A stretch of DNA of 64,000 nt from Microcoleus sp. GTDB lineage: Bacteria > Cyanobacteriota > Cyanobacteriia > Cyanobacteriales > Microcoleaceae. The DNA is taken from NCBI GenBank assembly GCA_042408215.1, contig JAYFMW010000005.1:384001-448000 (forward strand). Direction: 5' to 3'. How positions within the stretch are numbered: position 1 is the first letter of the stretch; each line of letters opens with the position of its first letter. A program made the translations under genes and the position numbers. Shown piece after piece: positions 52,801 through 63,184 of this stretch. The notes beneath the pieces were generated by a model, which saw nothing but the letters and a program-made list of their open reading frames with translations, made no database searches and had not been told where the DNA came from.

Positions 52801-53438
52801 ATCACGTAATTGCTAGTGGTCGCAATGTGAATATCCTAGTTTTGGATACCGAAGTTTACTCAAATACTGGCGGTCAAATGTCAAAAGCAACGCCGCGAGG
52901 AGCCGTTGCCAAATTTGCTGCTGGTGGCAAACCTGCTGCTAAGAAAGACTTGGGTTTAATTGCTATGACTTACGGCAATGTTTACGTTGCGAGTGTCGCA
53001 ATGGGAGCAAGGGATGAACATACTTTGCGGGTATTTTTAGAGGCAGAAGCTTACGAAGGCCCGTCTTTAATTATTGCTTATTCCCATTGTATTGCTCACG
53101 GGATTAATATGGCTGGTGGGATGCAGCAACAGAAAGCGGCGGTAGAATCAGGCGCAAAATTGCTTTACCGTTACAATCCCGATCGCACTCACCAGGGCGA
53201 AAATCCTTTGCAATTAGATTCGCGATCGCCTAAAATTCCGCTCGAACAATATATGTATGCGGAAAACCGTTTCAAGATGCTAAAAGCCAGCAAACCAGAA
53301 GATGCACGGCGGTTATTAGCAGAAGCTCAAGAAGATGTGAAGTCCCGCTGGGCCATGTATCAATATCTCGCCCAACGTCCCCTATCTAATGGGCATCAAG
53401 ACCAGGCAAATCATAATTCCGGCGGACAACAAAAATAG
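49854..53438 (+). CDS. nifJ: Pyruvate:ferredoxin (flavodoxin) oxidoreductase
   Basis: YPITPSS, FFDGFRTSHE, GRYGLSSKEF, two ferredoxin motifs, NATGCSSIYGG, GGDGWAYDIG. Confidence 0.97.
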   Translation: MTERTYATIDGNEAVAYVAYRLNEVIAIYPITPSSPMAEWSDAWTAEGKPNIWGTIPSVVEMQSEGGVAGAVHGALQTGSLTTTFTASQGLLLMIPNMYKIAGELTPTVFHIAARSLAAQGLSIFGDHSDVTATRTTGFAMLCSASVQEAHDFALISTAATLRSRIPFLHFFDGFRTSHEVQKVEMLTEDDLRSLVPDELVFAHRARSLTPDRPVLRGTAQNPDVYFQGRESVNSYYTACLDITEQVMNDFAQLTGRQYQLYEYYGDSAAEKIVIIMGSGCESVHETVDYLNAKGEKLGIVKVRMYRPFDGKRLMAAIPETVKSIAVLDRTKEPGAGGEPLYLDVITALVEQERTAIKVVGGRYGLSSKEFTPSMIKAVFDNLSAAKPKNHFTVGINDDVTHTSLDYDHEFNIESDSVVRAIFYGLGADGTVGANKNSIKIIGEETDNYAQGYFVYDSKKSGSVTISHLRFGPQPIRSIYLIERANFVACHQWGFMEQFDMLKEIVPGGTFLVNSIYGPEDVWIRLPLSVQETIIQKKLKFYVSDANKVAREAGMAGRINTVMQACFFALSGVLPRAEAIAQIKKAIKKSYGKKGPEIVKMNMDAVDRSLEYLFEVKVPDTANSEITLRLPVPDTAPAFVREVLGAMIGKCGDNLPVSAMPVDGTYPTGTSKWEKRNIATEIPVWDTDVCVQCGKCVMVCPHSVIRSKVYEPEQLANAPETFKSKDAKDHDWQGLKFTIQVAPEDCTGCGLCVDVCPAKNKTQPKLKAINMAEQLPLREPERENWDFFLGLPNPDRRELKLNKINQQQMQEPLFEFSGACGACGETPYLKLVSQLFGDRMVVANATGCSSIYGGNLPTTPWTTNSEGRGPAWSNSLFEDNAEFGLGFRVSIDKQTQFATELLQRIGGEIGDNLVHDILASEQKNEADIWEQRERVVQLKQKLQEIDSATAKQLLSLADFLVKKSVWIIGGDGWAYDIGYGGLDHVIASGRNVNILVLDTEVYSNTGGQMSKATPRGAVAKFAAGGKPAAKKDLGLIAMTYGNVYVASVAMGARDEHTLRVFLEAEAYEGPSLIIAYSHCIAHGINMAGGMQQQKAAVESGAKLLYRYNPDRTHQGENPLQLDSRSPKIPLEQYMYAENRFKMLKASKPEDARRLLAEAQEDVKSRWAMYQYLAQRPLSNGHQDQANHNSGGQQK

Positions 53439-53733
53439 GAATTAGATGTAAATTGGCGGATAATTTTGATAATTATCTGCCGATTATATGATTTCTATTT
53501 GATGCGGAATTGTATTATTTCCAATTCCGTAGGGGCGGGTTCACCGAGATATTTGATAACTATAGCAGAATCCTATAAACCCGCCCCTCCCATACAATTC
53601 CTCTCTTCCTCTTACCTCTGCGTCCTCTGCGTCCTCTGTTCCAAACAAAGGAATAGCTAACCCCAACTTAATATTCCATTCAACATTTCGCTGTACCAAA
53701 GAAAAAGCTCACAAAAATCAAAGGAGAGATCAA

Positions 53734-54744
53734 ATGAATTTGACCACTAATTATCTAGGATTAGAGCTACGTTCCCCCTTAATTCCCTCCGCCGCCGCAC
53801 CTTTAACAGAAAATATTGACAATCTCAAACGCATGGAAGATGCGGGTGCGGGTGCTGTTGTGCTGCATTCATTGTTTGAGGAACAAATTCGGCAAGAACG
53901 TTTTGAACTGGAACATCACCTCACCTATGGTACTGATAGCTTTGCCGAATCTCTTACCTATTTTCCTGAACCAGAAATATTTCATGTCGGGACTCAAGAG
54001 TATTTGAATCATATCTCTAATGCTAAAGATATGGTGGATATTCCAATTATCGCCAGTCTTAACGGTTCAACAGTTGGCGGCTGGGTTAAGTACGCCAAAG
54101 AAATAGAATTAGCTGGGGCTGATGCACTGGAATTAAATGTGTATTATGTGCCGACAAATATGGAAATGAGCGGCGCACAAATTGAGCAGAATTATATTGA
54201 TATTCTGCGAGCCGTTAAATCCGAGGTAAGAATTCCGGTTGCCATTAAGCTGAGTCCTTTCTTTAGTAATATGGCAAATATGGCGAAACAGTTAACGGAA
54301 GCGGGAGCTAATGCTCTCGTTTTGTTTAACCGATTTTACCAGCCGGATATTAATATCGAAGAGTTAGAAGTGCAGCCGAATGTGTTGTTAAGTACGCCTC
54401 AAGCCATGCGTTTACCTTTGCGCTGGATTGCGATTTTGTATGGTCGCCTTGATGTTGATTTTGCTGCTACTAGCGGTATCCAAAAAGGTCAAGATGCGAT
54501 TAAAATGCTGATGGTTGGTGCTAATGCTACGATGCTTTGTTCAGTGTTATTGCGGCATGGAATTGAGCATATTAGCGTCATTGAAAAAGAGATGATTCAT
54601 TGGATGGAAGAACACGAATATGAGTCGGTAAAACAGATGCAGGGTTCGATGTCGCAGCTTAATTGTCCTGATGAATCAGCCTTTGAACGAGCACAGTATA
54701 TGAAGGCTGTCAATTCGTATAAACCGGAGCGAATCTTAGTTTAA
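53734..54744 (+). CDS. Dihydroorotate dehydrogenase-like flavoprotein (nifJ-associated)
   Basis: YLGLEL-x-SP, SLFEEQI, LELN, KLSPFF, LFNRFYQPD, FERAQY. Confidence 0.9.
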   Translation: MNLTTNYLGLELRSPLIPSAAAPLTENIDNLKRMEDAGAGAVVLHSLFEEQIRQERFELEHHLTYGTDSFAESLTYFPEPEIFHVGTQEYLNHISNAKDMVDIPIIASLNGSTVGGWVKYAKEIELAGADALELNVYYVPTNMEMSGAQIEQNYIDILRAVKSEVRIPVAIKLSPFFSNMANMAKQLTEAGANALVLFNRFYQPDINIEELEVQPNVLLSTPQAMRLPLRWIAILYGRLDVDFAATSGIQKGQDAIKMLMVGANATMLCSVLLRHGIEHISVIEKEMIHWMEEHEYESVKQMQGSMSQLNCPDESAFERAQYMKAVNSYKPERILV

Positions 54745-54845
54745 GCAACTTTCAAAACTATTCGTAACGCCGCCGTCTCGGCGGTTACTTTACCGAGCAA
54801 GGGTGGTGGCGTTACTGAACAAGCCTGCGTAAGTCCTCAAAAAAT

Positions 54846-54900
54846 AATTACAATTGCATTGACACAAATTACAATTATACTCTATAATTGTAATTTGTGT
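54846..54900 (+). promoter_or_regulatory. Consensus sigma70-type promoter overlapped by a perfect 18-bp inverted repeat (operator-like)
   Basis: TTGACA 54859-54864, 18-nt spacer, TATAAT 54883-54888; arms 54862-54879 and 54883-54900. Confidence 0.6.
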
Positions 54901-55264
54901 ATCAACCATTACCAAGGATCAAAATATGTCAGAATTCCTAGATTTTATCCGGCATCAATTTGCTTAGGTCGCCTTCGGAGAATTCTAACCAGGTAAATTT
55001 GAAGAAGCCCAGCAACTCGATCGGAAGGCTGTTTCCACCTAGGGTCATGGTTTGAAAGGAGCGGATCTATTGCAATTACCGGAGACAGATCGAGGAATTG
55101 CGATCGTTTTTTGGGAAAGCATAAGTAGGTCATCGAAAAAAAACAATATCCAATCTTAAATTGTAGTGGCTGGTTTAGTTACGGTCATGGTAGGATCGAG
55201 TTTACTGCTGCAAAACCCACCTCCCATGTTATATTTATTTGTACCCACTTACTTTGAAGAGATT

Positions 55265-55668
55265 GTCAGGAACCTCAGCCTAAAGGCATGAGGCTTGAAA
55301 GAGAAATCAACCCAAGCCATTCTGACCAGACCACCTAGCAAATAGGTAGCCGTTACTTGAGTCACGACACCCTGTGGATGCGAAGCTAGTCCCCTCCTCT
55401 GTCGCTAGTAGTTAAACAGTCTTAAGGTCACTGAGACAGTGCTGCGAGCAACGACAAGCTCTTGTAACAGGTCGAAGCTAACATTACCCCGCAAGGGAGG
55501 CTACTTAGTAGCAAAACACTATGCGTACAGGGCTGCAAGATTTGAAACGGTAACTGTCCCGTTGAAAGTGCAATACAAAGGTACACCGAACTCTTGCAGT
55601 TCCAAGGCGGTAGTGGCAAGAAATGTAAAGCCGTCCTAAAAGGACGGGGTTTCAAACCCATTTTTCTG
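55265..55668 (+). mobile_element. Protein-less IS200/IS605-type element carrying a complete HEARO/omegaRNA (internally deleted IscB element)
   Basis: Starts gtcaggaacctcagcctaaaggcatgaggcttg...ctgaccag...gtcacgacaccctg...ctctgtcg...ttaaacag...acaagc; ends aaagccgtcctaaaaggacggggtttcaaacccatttttctg, followed by ATGAC. Confidence 0.82.
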
Positions 55669-55872
55669 ATGACAATGACTAATTTTTCCGATCGTATTAG
55701 CATATTCTGGTTATAGACGATCGTTTTTTAGCCTCGTAGCCAAGGAAAGTTGTGAACGGCAAAATATGGCGATCGCCACAGTCGTGGAGTATTCCCGCTT
55801 TCCCTGTCAGTCAGCTATGGAACGCGATCGCACCAAACTAGAATTCATCGTCACCGCAAGGGAGCAGAAGTA

Positions 55873-56424
55873 ATGGACAAGATAAAATTAGCTACTGTTT
55901 GGTTGGCTGGCTGTTCGGGCTGTCATATGTCTTTTTTGGACTTGGACGAATGGCTATTTGAACTGGTGAAGTATGCCGAGATTGTGCATAGCCCGATCGC
56001 CGACATCAAAGAATATCCTGAGAATGTCGATGTTTGTCTGGTGGAAGGGGCGATCGCCAATGAAGAGAATCTGGAATTAATTCATAAAATCCGCGATCGG
56101 ACCAAATTTCTAATTTCCTTTGGCGACTGTGCGGTGACAGCCAATGTGCCTGGGATGCGGAATATGATGGGCCGCGATAATGCCGATCTGGTGCTACGGC
56201 GCAGCTATCTAGAATTAGGAGATATCACGCCTCAATTACCAAAGGCCCCCGGTATTGTTCCCGAATTATTAGAGCGCGTTTTCCCTGTTCACGAAGTTGT
56301 CAAGGTCGATCTGTTTTTACCAGGTTGTCCACCTTCAGCCGATCGGATTAAAGCAGCGATCGCGCCATTGCTTGAAGGGAAAATGCCTCTAATGGAAGGT
56401 CGAGACATGATCAAATTTGGATAA
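55873..56424 (+). CDS. hoxY: Bidirectional hydrogenase small subunit HoxY
   Basis: [23 protein letters not shown]. Confidence 0.95.
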   Translation: MDKIKLATVWLAGCSGCHMSFLDLDEWLFELVKYAEIVHSPIADIKEYPENVDVCLVEGAIANEENLELIHKIRDRTKFLISFGDCAVTANVPGMRNMMGRDNADLVLRRSYLELGDITPQLPKAPGIVPELLERVFPVHEVVKVDLFLPGCPPSADRIKAAIAPLLEGKMPLMEGRDMIKFG

Positions 56425-56440
56425 AAGGCAGGAGATTTTT

Positions 56441-57865
56441 ATGACAAAAACAATTGTAATCGATCCAGTCACCCGCATTGAAGGTCATGCCAAAATCTCA
56501 ATCTTTCTGGATGATCTTGGCGAAGTCTCAGACGCGCATTTTCATGTAGTGGAATATCGCGGGTTTGAGAAATTTTGCGAAAATCGCCCCATGTGGGAAA
56601 TGGCGGGGATCACATCGCGGATTTGTGGCATCTGTCCCGTTAGTCATTTACTTGCATCAGCCAAAACAGGCGATAAACTGCTGGCTGTAAAAATTCCGCC
56701 GGCGGGGGAAAAACTGCGCCGCTTGATGAATCTTGCCCAAATCACCCAATCTCACGCCCTTTCTTTTTTCCATTTAAGTTCTCCTGATTTTCTCCTCGGC
56801 TGGGATACCAATCCTGCAATCCGCAATGTATTTGGATTGATGTCTGCTAATCCCGAACTAGCAAGAGGAGGAATTCGTCTGCGTCAGTTTGGACAGCAAA
56901 TTATTGAAATATTGGGCGCGAAGAAAATCCATACCGCTTGGGCTGTCCCCGGTGGTGTGCGATCGCCCCTGTGCGAAGAAGGTAGAGCATGGATTCGCGA
57001 TCGTCTCCCTGAATCTCTTGCTACGATTGAAAATGCCCTGACTCTGTTTAAGAATTTATTAACTGAATTAAAAACAGAAGTCGATGTATTTGGCAATTTT
57101 CCTTCGCTGTTTATGAGCTTAGTTGGGAAAAATGGCGAATGGGAACATTACGGTGGACATATTCGCTTTACTGATAGTCATGGGCAGATTGTCGCTGATA
57201 ATCTGAGCGAAGATGACTATCAACAATACATCGGTGAAGCGGTTGAGCCTTGGTCATATTTAAAGTTTCCCTATTACAAACCGCTTGGTTATCCCGATGG
57301 CATCTATCGCGTGGGCCCCTTAGCACGCTTGAATGTTTGTACGCATATCGGTACGCCCAAAGCCGATCGCGAACTCCAAGAATTTCGCGATCGCGCAGGT
57401 GGTGTGGCGCTTTCTTCGTTCTTCTATCATTACGCTCGTTTAGTTGAGATTTTGGCAGCGATCGAGAAGATTGCCGAACTGATTGATGATCCTGATATCA
57501 CATCACCGCATACTCGCGCCAAGGCAGGGATCAACTGTCTAGAAGGTATTGGCGTAAGCGAAGCGCCTCGCGGTACATTGTTTCATCATTACAATGTCGA
57601 TGAGAATGGGATGATTAAAAAGGTGAATTTAATCATTGCAACGGGACACAATAACCTCGCGATGAACAAAACCGTTACTCAGATTGCCAAACATTACATT
57701 CACAATGGTGATGTTTCAGAAGGCTTACTCAACCGAGTCGAGGCTGGTATTCGCAATTTCGATCCTTGTCTAAGTTGCTCCACCCATGCTTTCGGAAAAA
57801 TGCCTTTGCTAATAGAGTTACTTGGTTCTGATGGTAAATTGCTTCAGCAATTAAACCGATGCTAA
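56441..57865 (+). CDS. hoxH: Bidirectional [NiFe] hydrogenase large subunit HoxH
   Basis: [26 protein letters not shown]-x-[15 protein letters not shown] 56441 behind GGAG. Confidence 0.96.
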   Translation: MTKTIVIDPVTRIEGHAKISIFLDDLGEVSDAHFHVVEYRGFEKFCENRPMWEMAGITSRICGICPVSHLLASAKTGDKLLAVKIPPAGEKLRRLMNLAQITQSHALSFFHLSSPDFLLGWDTNPAIRNVFGLMSANPELARGGIRLRQFGQQIIEILGAKKIHTAWAVPGGVRSPLCEEGRAWIRDRLPESLATIENALTLFKNLLTELKTEVDVFGNFPSLFMSLVGKNGEWEHYGGHIRFTDSHGQIVADNLSEDDYQQYIGEAVEPWSYLKFPYYKPLGYPDGIYRVGPLARLNVCTHIGTPKADRELQEFRDRAGGVALSSFFYHYARLVEILAAIEKIAELIDDPDITSPHTRAKAGINCLEGIGVSEAPRGTLFHHYNVDENGMIKKVNLIIATGHNNLAMNKTVTQIAKHYIHNGDVSEGLLNRVEAGIRNFDPCLSCSTHAFGKMPLLIELLGSDGKLLQQLNRC

Positions 57866-57872
57866 TTATAGC

Positions 57873-58105
57873 TATCCGCGAACCACTGGACAAACCTGGA
57901 CAATCCAGAGAAATCCTTGGTAGAGATAGCCCGGTTAAGTCTAACCACAGACTACGTTAAGAAGGTCACGACACCCTGTGAGTGCTTGCCAGCTCCTTGC
58001 TCTGTCGCTACCAGTTAAACATCTTTATTTCGCTAAGGAAGTGCTGCTAGTCTGACAAGCCCTCTTAACATTACCAAGGCAAAAATCACCCGATTATTCG
58101 GAGGC
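57873..58105 (+). ncRNA. omegaRNA (HEARO-like) of IscB element 2
   Basis: gactacgtt...ggtcacgacaccctg...gtgcttgccagctc...ctctgtcg...agttaaaca...gacaagcc...aacatt motifs directly upstream of iscB. Confidence 0.85.
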
Positions 58106-58110
58106 TCAAT

Positions 58111-59448
58111 ATGAGCAAAATATTCGTTGTAGACACCAACAAAAATCCTCTAAATCCTATCCATCCAGGCCGATCCAGGATGCTGCTTCAAGAGGGCAAA
58201 GCCGCTGTCTGGAAACGTTACCCGTTCACCATCATCCTGAAAGATGTTCTACCAAATCCCCAAATTGCACCCTGGCGATTAAAAATAGATCCTGGTGCTA
58301 AATTGACTGGCTTAGCACTGGTAGATGATGCAACAGGAGAAGTAGTTTGGGCCGCCGAACTAGAACATAGAGGCTTTCAAATTCGCGATGCTTTAACCAA
58401 ACGCCGCCAGTTAAGAAGAGGAAGACGCCATCGAAAAACTCGGTATCGTCAACCACGCTTTGATAACCGGAAACGCCCTACAGGGTGGCTCCCACCCAGT
58501 CTGCAAAGCCGAGTTGAGAATATCGTAACTTGGGTTCGTAGGTTACAAAAGCTAGCGTTGATTTCTGATATTTCTCAGGAATTAGTCAAGTTTGACACTC
58601 AACTCATGGAGAATCCAGACATCAGTGGAGTCGCATACCAACAAGGTGAGTTAGCTGGTTACGAAGTGCGAGAATTTCTGCTTTTCAAATTCAATCATAC
58701 CTGTATGTACTGTGGGGCTAAAGATACTCGTTTGGAGATTGAGCATCTTTTACCGAAGTCTAAAGGTGGTTCAAATAGAATTAGTAATTTAGGCATTGCT
58801 TGTAGGAATTGCAACCAAAAAAAAGGCCGTCAAGCTCTCAGAGAATTTTTAGCCCAAAAACCTGACTTGTTACAGCGCATTCTGAGACAAGTAAAACAAC
58901 AGAAAGCCGACACTGCTGCCGTTAATTCTACCCGTTGGGCATTATTTAATCGACTCAAAGAGACTGGATTATCCGTGGAAGTTGGGACTGGTGGGCGGAC
59001 AAAGTTTAACCGATGTCGTCAAAACCTACCTAAAACTCACTGGCTGGATGCTGCCTGTGTTGGGGCATCTACACCCCTCAAACTAAAAGTTTCAGGGGTA
59101 GTGCCGCTGTCAATAAGGGCTGTTGGTTATGGAAATCGTCAAATGTGTCAAGTTGACAAATTTGGCTTTCCTAAGCGTGGTAAGGAAGGTAAGCTAATCA
59201 AACGTGAGCGACAGAAAAATTACTTTGGTTTTCAAACGGGCGACATGGTTAAAGCTATTGTTCCTACTGGGAAACACGCTGGTACTCACGTTGGTAAAGT
59301 CACCGTCAGAAAATCCGGTGCATTTGATTTGACTGTGGCTCATGTGCGCTTGCAGAGTATTCGTTGGAAGCACTGCCGCGCGGTGAACCGCTTTGATGGT
59401 TACAGTTATGCCTCTTTGTCCACCAATGTCGAGTTTTTAAACGATTAG
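58111..59448 (+). CDS. iscB: RNA-guided endonuclease IscB
   Basis: PLNPIHP, IDPGA, RRQLRRGRR...RYRQPRFDNR, QELVKFD, CMYC...EIEH...CRNCN, HWLDAAC; catalytic residues intact. Confidence 0.95.
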   Translation: MSKIFVVDTNKNPLNPIHPGRSRMLLQEGKAAVWKRYPFTIILKDVLPNPQIAPWRLKIDPGAKLTGLALVDDATGEVVWAAELEHRGFQIRDALTKRRQLRRGRRHRKTRYRQPRFDNRKRPTGWLPPSLQSRVENIVTWVRRLQKLALISDISQELVKFDTQLMENPDISGVAYQQGELAGYEVREFLLFKFNHTCMYCGAKDTRLEIEHLLPKSKGGSNRISNLGIACRNCNQKKGRQALREFLAQKPDLLQRILRQVKQQKADTAAVNSTRWALFNRLKETGLSVEVGTGGRTKFNRCRQNLPKTHWLDAACVGASTPLKLKVSGVVPLSIRAVGYGNRQMCQVDKFGFPKRGKEGKLIKRERQKNYFGFQTGDMVKAIVPTGKHAGTHVGKVTVRKSGAFDLTVAHVRLQSIRWKHCRAVNRFDGYSYASLSTNVEFLND

Positions 59449-59533
59449 AGGCGTACCGATCGCCTTCATGCTGAGGACAAATTAAAACCCAGAAAGCTAG
59501 GGGCAATTTATGAATTTCCTCTAGCTTTCTCTA

Positions 59534-60610
59534 CTAGCAAATGCGTGGTAATTGCTCACCACTTAGCATACTCAAAATGCGGGTAAGGCCGATTTGACCG
59601 CGCAGGGATACTAGAGATTTAGCCCGATCGACAACTCGCCCGATCGCTTTCATCTGTCCACCAGCTTCTGGAAAATTACTGGCGATCGCGATCGCTTTCT
59701 CCACCTCAGATTCAGGGACAAATGCCACAAATCTCCCTTCGTTTGCTACATAGAGCGGATCGAGTCCCAAAATCTCACAGACAGCCCGCACATCCTCCCG
59801 TACAGCGATCGCCGTCTCTTCCACCATCATGTGCAAATTTGTGGCGCTAGCCAGTTCATTTAGCGCCGTGGCTAGCCCACCGCGAGTCAAATCACGCATA
59901 GCATGAATCTCTACACCGCCTTCTAGCAAAGCCATGACGAGTTCTGCTAATGCCAAACTATCGCTCTGAATCTCTGACTCAAATTCTAAACCTTCCCGCG
60001 CCGCCATAATCGCGATTCCGTGACGACCAATATCACCATTTAAAAGAATTACATCACCCTCACAGATAGATTGTGGTAAGATTTCTAAGTTGGTGGCGAT
60101 CGCGCCAATTCCTGCTGTATTAATAAAGATGCCATCGCCCTTACCGCGATCGACAACTTTCGTATCACCTGTCACAATTTGCACCCCTGCAATCTCGGCG
60201 GCGAGGCGCATCGACTGGACGATTTGCCAAAGGGTATCCATCGCCAGTCCCTCCTCCAAAATAAAGCCAGCACTGAGATAAAGCGGTCGTGCTCCCATCA
60301 TTGCCAGATCGTTAACGGTACCGTTAACTGCTAAACTGCCAATATCACCACCAGCAAAAAAGAGCGGTTTTACTACATAGGAATCTGTCGTAAATGCTAG
60401 TTTTGATTGCTGTGGAAGCAGAGAAAAGATGGCGGCATCTTGTTGGGCGCGATCGCCCATCGCAAAGGCGGGCGCAAATATTTCCGCAATCAATTGATGC
60501 GTCAATCTACCGCCGCCGCCATGTGCTAAGATAATCTGCGGATATTGTTGGAGAGCGATCGGGCAGGAGCGGTTCTTTTCTAGCGACATAATTTTTGCCA
60601 ATGCGTCCAA
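59534..60610 (-). CDS. hypE: Hydrogenase maturation protein HypE
   Basis: [32 protein letters not shown]; start may be ATG 60589. Confidence 0.95.
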   Translation of the reverse strand: MDALAKIMSLEKNRSCPIALQQYPQIILAHGGGGRLTHQLIAEIFAPAFAMGDRAQQDAAIFSLLPQQSKLAFTTDSYVVKPLFFAGGDIGSLAVNGTVNDLAMMGARPLYLSAGFILEEGLAMDTLWQIVQSMRLAAEIAGVQIVTGDTKVVDRGKGDGIFINTAGIGAIATNLEILPQSICEGDVILLNGDIGRHGIAIMAAREGLEFESEIQSDSLALAELVMALLEGGVEIHAMRDLTRGGLATALNELASATNLHMMVEETAIAVREDVRAVCEILGLDPLYVANEGRFVAFVPESEVEKAIAIASNFPEAGGQMKAIGRVVDRAKSLVSLRGQIGLTRILSMLSGEQLPRIC

Positions 60611-60819
60611 ATAATCACCATTGCCATCGGATCAAGGCGACAAACTTTCAACCTGATCTAGAATGGCATATTAATAAGTATGGTCTCAAAAATTATTTAT
60701 TAAGTTTTGTAACGTTTTGATAAGATTTTGATTTTAAGTGATGGATTAAGTTTATAATGGATACATAAAGATGAACGATTCACATCTTTAAAAATCGCAA
60801 AATTTTGAAAATTAAAGCT

Positions 60820-63051
60820 ATGTATGCAGAATGGCAAGGCTTTACAGGCGGCAGTTGGACAAAGGAAGTCAATGTAAGGGACTTCATTCAAAAGAATTAC
60901 ACACCCTATGAAGGGAATTCTGAGTTTCTCGCTGAACCAACTACAAGGACTAAAAAGCTTTGGCATGAAGTCTTGGAACTGATGAAACTAGAACGCGAAA
61001 AGGGGATCTTGGATGTTGACACTAAAGTGCCATCATCAATAGTAGCCCATGACGCTGGATATATCGATCGCGAACTAGAAAAAATAGTCGGTTTGCAGAC
61101 AGATAAACCTCTGAAACGTGCCATCATGCCCAACGGCGGCATTCGCGTTGTCGCCGCTGGTTTGAAAGCCTATGGCTATCAACTCGATCCCCAAACCGAA
61201 GAAGTTTTCACGGCTTATCGCAAAACCCATAATGACGGGGTGTTTGATGTCTATACCCGTGAAATGCGAATGGCAAGACGCTCTGGCATTATCACAGGTT
61301 TACCCGATGCCTACGGGCGCGGACGGATTATTGGTGATTATCGCCGTGTCGCTCTCTATGGAGTCGATCGCCTGATCGATGACAAGAAGAATCAGCAAGA
61401 ATTCCTCGAACTGGACATGATGGACGAGGCAACAATTCGTCTGCGTGAAGAGTTATCCGAACAGATTCGGGCTTTGTTTGAACTCAAGGAAATGGCAGCG
61501 AAGTACGGCTTTGATATTGGTCGTCCTGCGGTCGACTCTCAGGAAGCGGTGCAGTGGCTCTATTTTGGCTATCTAGGCGCTGTCAAAGAGCAGAATGGGG
61601 CGGCGATGTCCCTCGGTCGGGTATCGACCTTTTTGGATGTATATTTTGAGCGTGATTTACGCAATGGGGCGATCGCCGAAGTCGATTTGCAAGAACTGAT
61701 CGATCATTTCGTGATGAAGCTCCGCATGGTACGCTTTTTGCGAACCCCTGACTACAATAATCTGTTCTCAGGCGATCCGACATGGGTAACGGAAGCGATC
61801 GGTGGTATGAGCGCCGATGGTAGAACTTTGGTAACAAAAACCAGTTATCGATTCTTGCACACACTCTCCAACCTCGGTGCAGCACCAGAACCAAACCTGA
61901 CGGTATTATGGTCTGAACATTTACCAGAAAGCTTCAAACAATTCTGTGCCAAGATTTCTAGTGATACCAGTTCCATTCAGTACGAAAATGATGATTTGAT
62001 GCGCCAGACTTATGGCGATGATTATGCGATCGCCTGTTGCGTATCAGCCATGCGAATCGGCAAACAGATGCAGTTTTTTGGCGCAAGGGTGAATCTTGCG
62101 AAAACCCTGCTCTATGCGATTAATGGCGGCAAAGATGAAAAATCTGGCGACCAAATCGCGCCTCTATTCGCACCAATCACTGCTGAAGGATATCTGGATT
62201 ACAACGAAGTAAATGCACGCTTGCAGCAAATGATGGCATGGCTAGCCAAAGCCTACATCAATACGCTCAACGTCATTCACTATATGCACGACAAGTATTG
62301 CTACGAGCGGATCGAAATGGCTCTGCACGATCGCGATGTCTATCGGACGATGGCTTGTGGGATTGCAGGCTTGTCAGTGGTGACTGACTCGCTTTCAGCG
62401 ATTAAATATGCCAAAGTCAAGGTGATTCGCAACGAGCAAGGCTTGGCTGTGGATTATCAGGTCGAAGGTGATTATCCCAAGTACGGCAACAATGACGATC
62501 TCGTTGATAGTATTGCGATCGACTTAGTGCAACGTTTCATGAATGAGATCCGTAAGCACAAAACCTATCGCGACGCAGTACCAACGCAATCGGTGCTCAC
62601 GATTACTTCTAATGTAGTCTATGGCAAGAAAACAGGCAGCACTCCCGATGGACGCAAAGCGGGCGAACCTTTTGCTCCCGGTGCGAACCCAATGCACGGA
62701 CGAGATGCTTGTGGGGCGATCGCTTCCCTGGCATCTGTGGCAAAATTGCCCTATAGTGACTGTCAAGATGGTATCTCGAACACCTTCTCAATTCTGCCTA
62801 CGGCTTTGGGAAGATTGGAAAGCGATCGCACCAATAATCTAGTTGGTTTGCTCGATGGCTATTTCCACGATGGCGGTCATCATATCAATGTCAACGCCCT
62901 CGATCGCACCACTTTACTCGATGCGATGGAACATCCTGAAAACTATCCTCAATTGACAATTCGCGTGTCGGGCTATGCAGTGAACTTCATCAAGCTCACC
63001 CGCGAACAGCAATTGGATGTAATTAAACGGACTTTCCACGAACGAGTCTAG
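60820..63051 (+). CDS. pflB: Pyruvate formate-lyase (formate C-acetyltransferase)
   Basis: [23 protein letters not shown], glycyl-radical motif [12 protein letters not shown] at 60820. Confidence 0.97.
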   Translation: MYAEWQGFTGGSWTKEVNVRDFIQKNYTPYEGNSEFLAEPTTRTKKLWHEVLELMKLEREKGILDVDTKVPSSIVAHDAGYIDRELEKIVGLQTDKPLKRAIMPNGGIRVVAAGLKAYGYQLDPQTEEVFTAYRKTHNDGVFDVYTREMRMARRSGIITGLPDAYGRGRIIGDYRRVALYGVDRLIDDKKNQQEFLELDMMDEATIRLREELSEQIRALFELKEMAAKYGFDIGRPAVDSQEAVQWLYFGYLGAVKEQNGAAMSLGRVSTFLDVYFERDLRNGAIAEVDLQELIDHFVMKLRMVRFLRTPDYNNLFSGDPTWVTEAIGGMSADGRTLVTKTSYRFLHTLSNLGAAPEPNLTVLWSEHLPESFKQFCAKISSDTSSIQYENDDLMRQTYGDDYAIACCVSAMRIGKQMQFFGARVNLAKTLLYAINGGKDEKSGDQIAPLFAPITAEGYLDYNEVNARLQQMMAWLAKAYINTLNVIHYMHDKYCYERIEMALHDRDVYRTMACGIAGLSVVTDSLSAIKYAKVKVIRNEQGLAVDYQVEGDYPKYGNNDDLVDSIAIDLVQRFMNEIRKHKTYRDAVPTQSVLTITSNVVYGKKTGSTPDGRKAGEPFAPGANPMHGRDACGAIASLASVAKLPYSDCQDGISNTFSILPTALGRLESDRTNNLVGLLDGYFHDGGHHINVNALDRTTLLDAMEHPENYPQLTIRVSGYAVNFIKLTREQQLDVIKRTFHERV

Positions 63052-63184
63052 AATCGGGCTGACGCATAAATAGCAAAGAAACCGGGTTGTTCAAACCAGT
63101 TAAATACTCAAAGCCAGTATTTACCTAAAAAACCCGGTTGCTCAAGGCTAAAAAGCAGCTATTAAGGAACTAAAAGCGAAATTA

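Larger units (their letters stand above)
57873..59455 (+). mobile_element. IscB element 2 with IS607-like ends, inserted at a HIP1 site after hoxH
   Basis: Junctions GC (57871-57872) and CC (59456-59457) followed by GATCGCC; ends align with IscB element 1 and the IS607. Confidence 0.8.
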
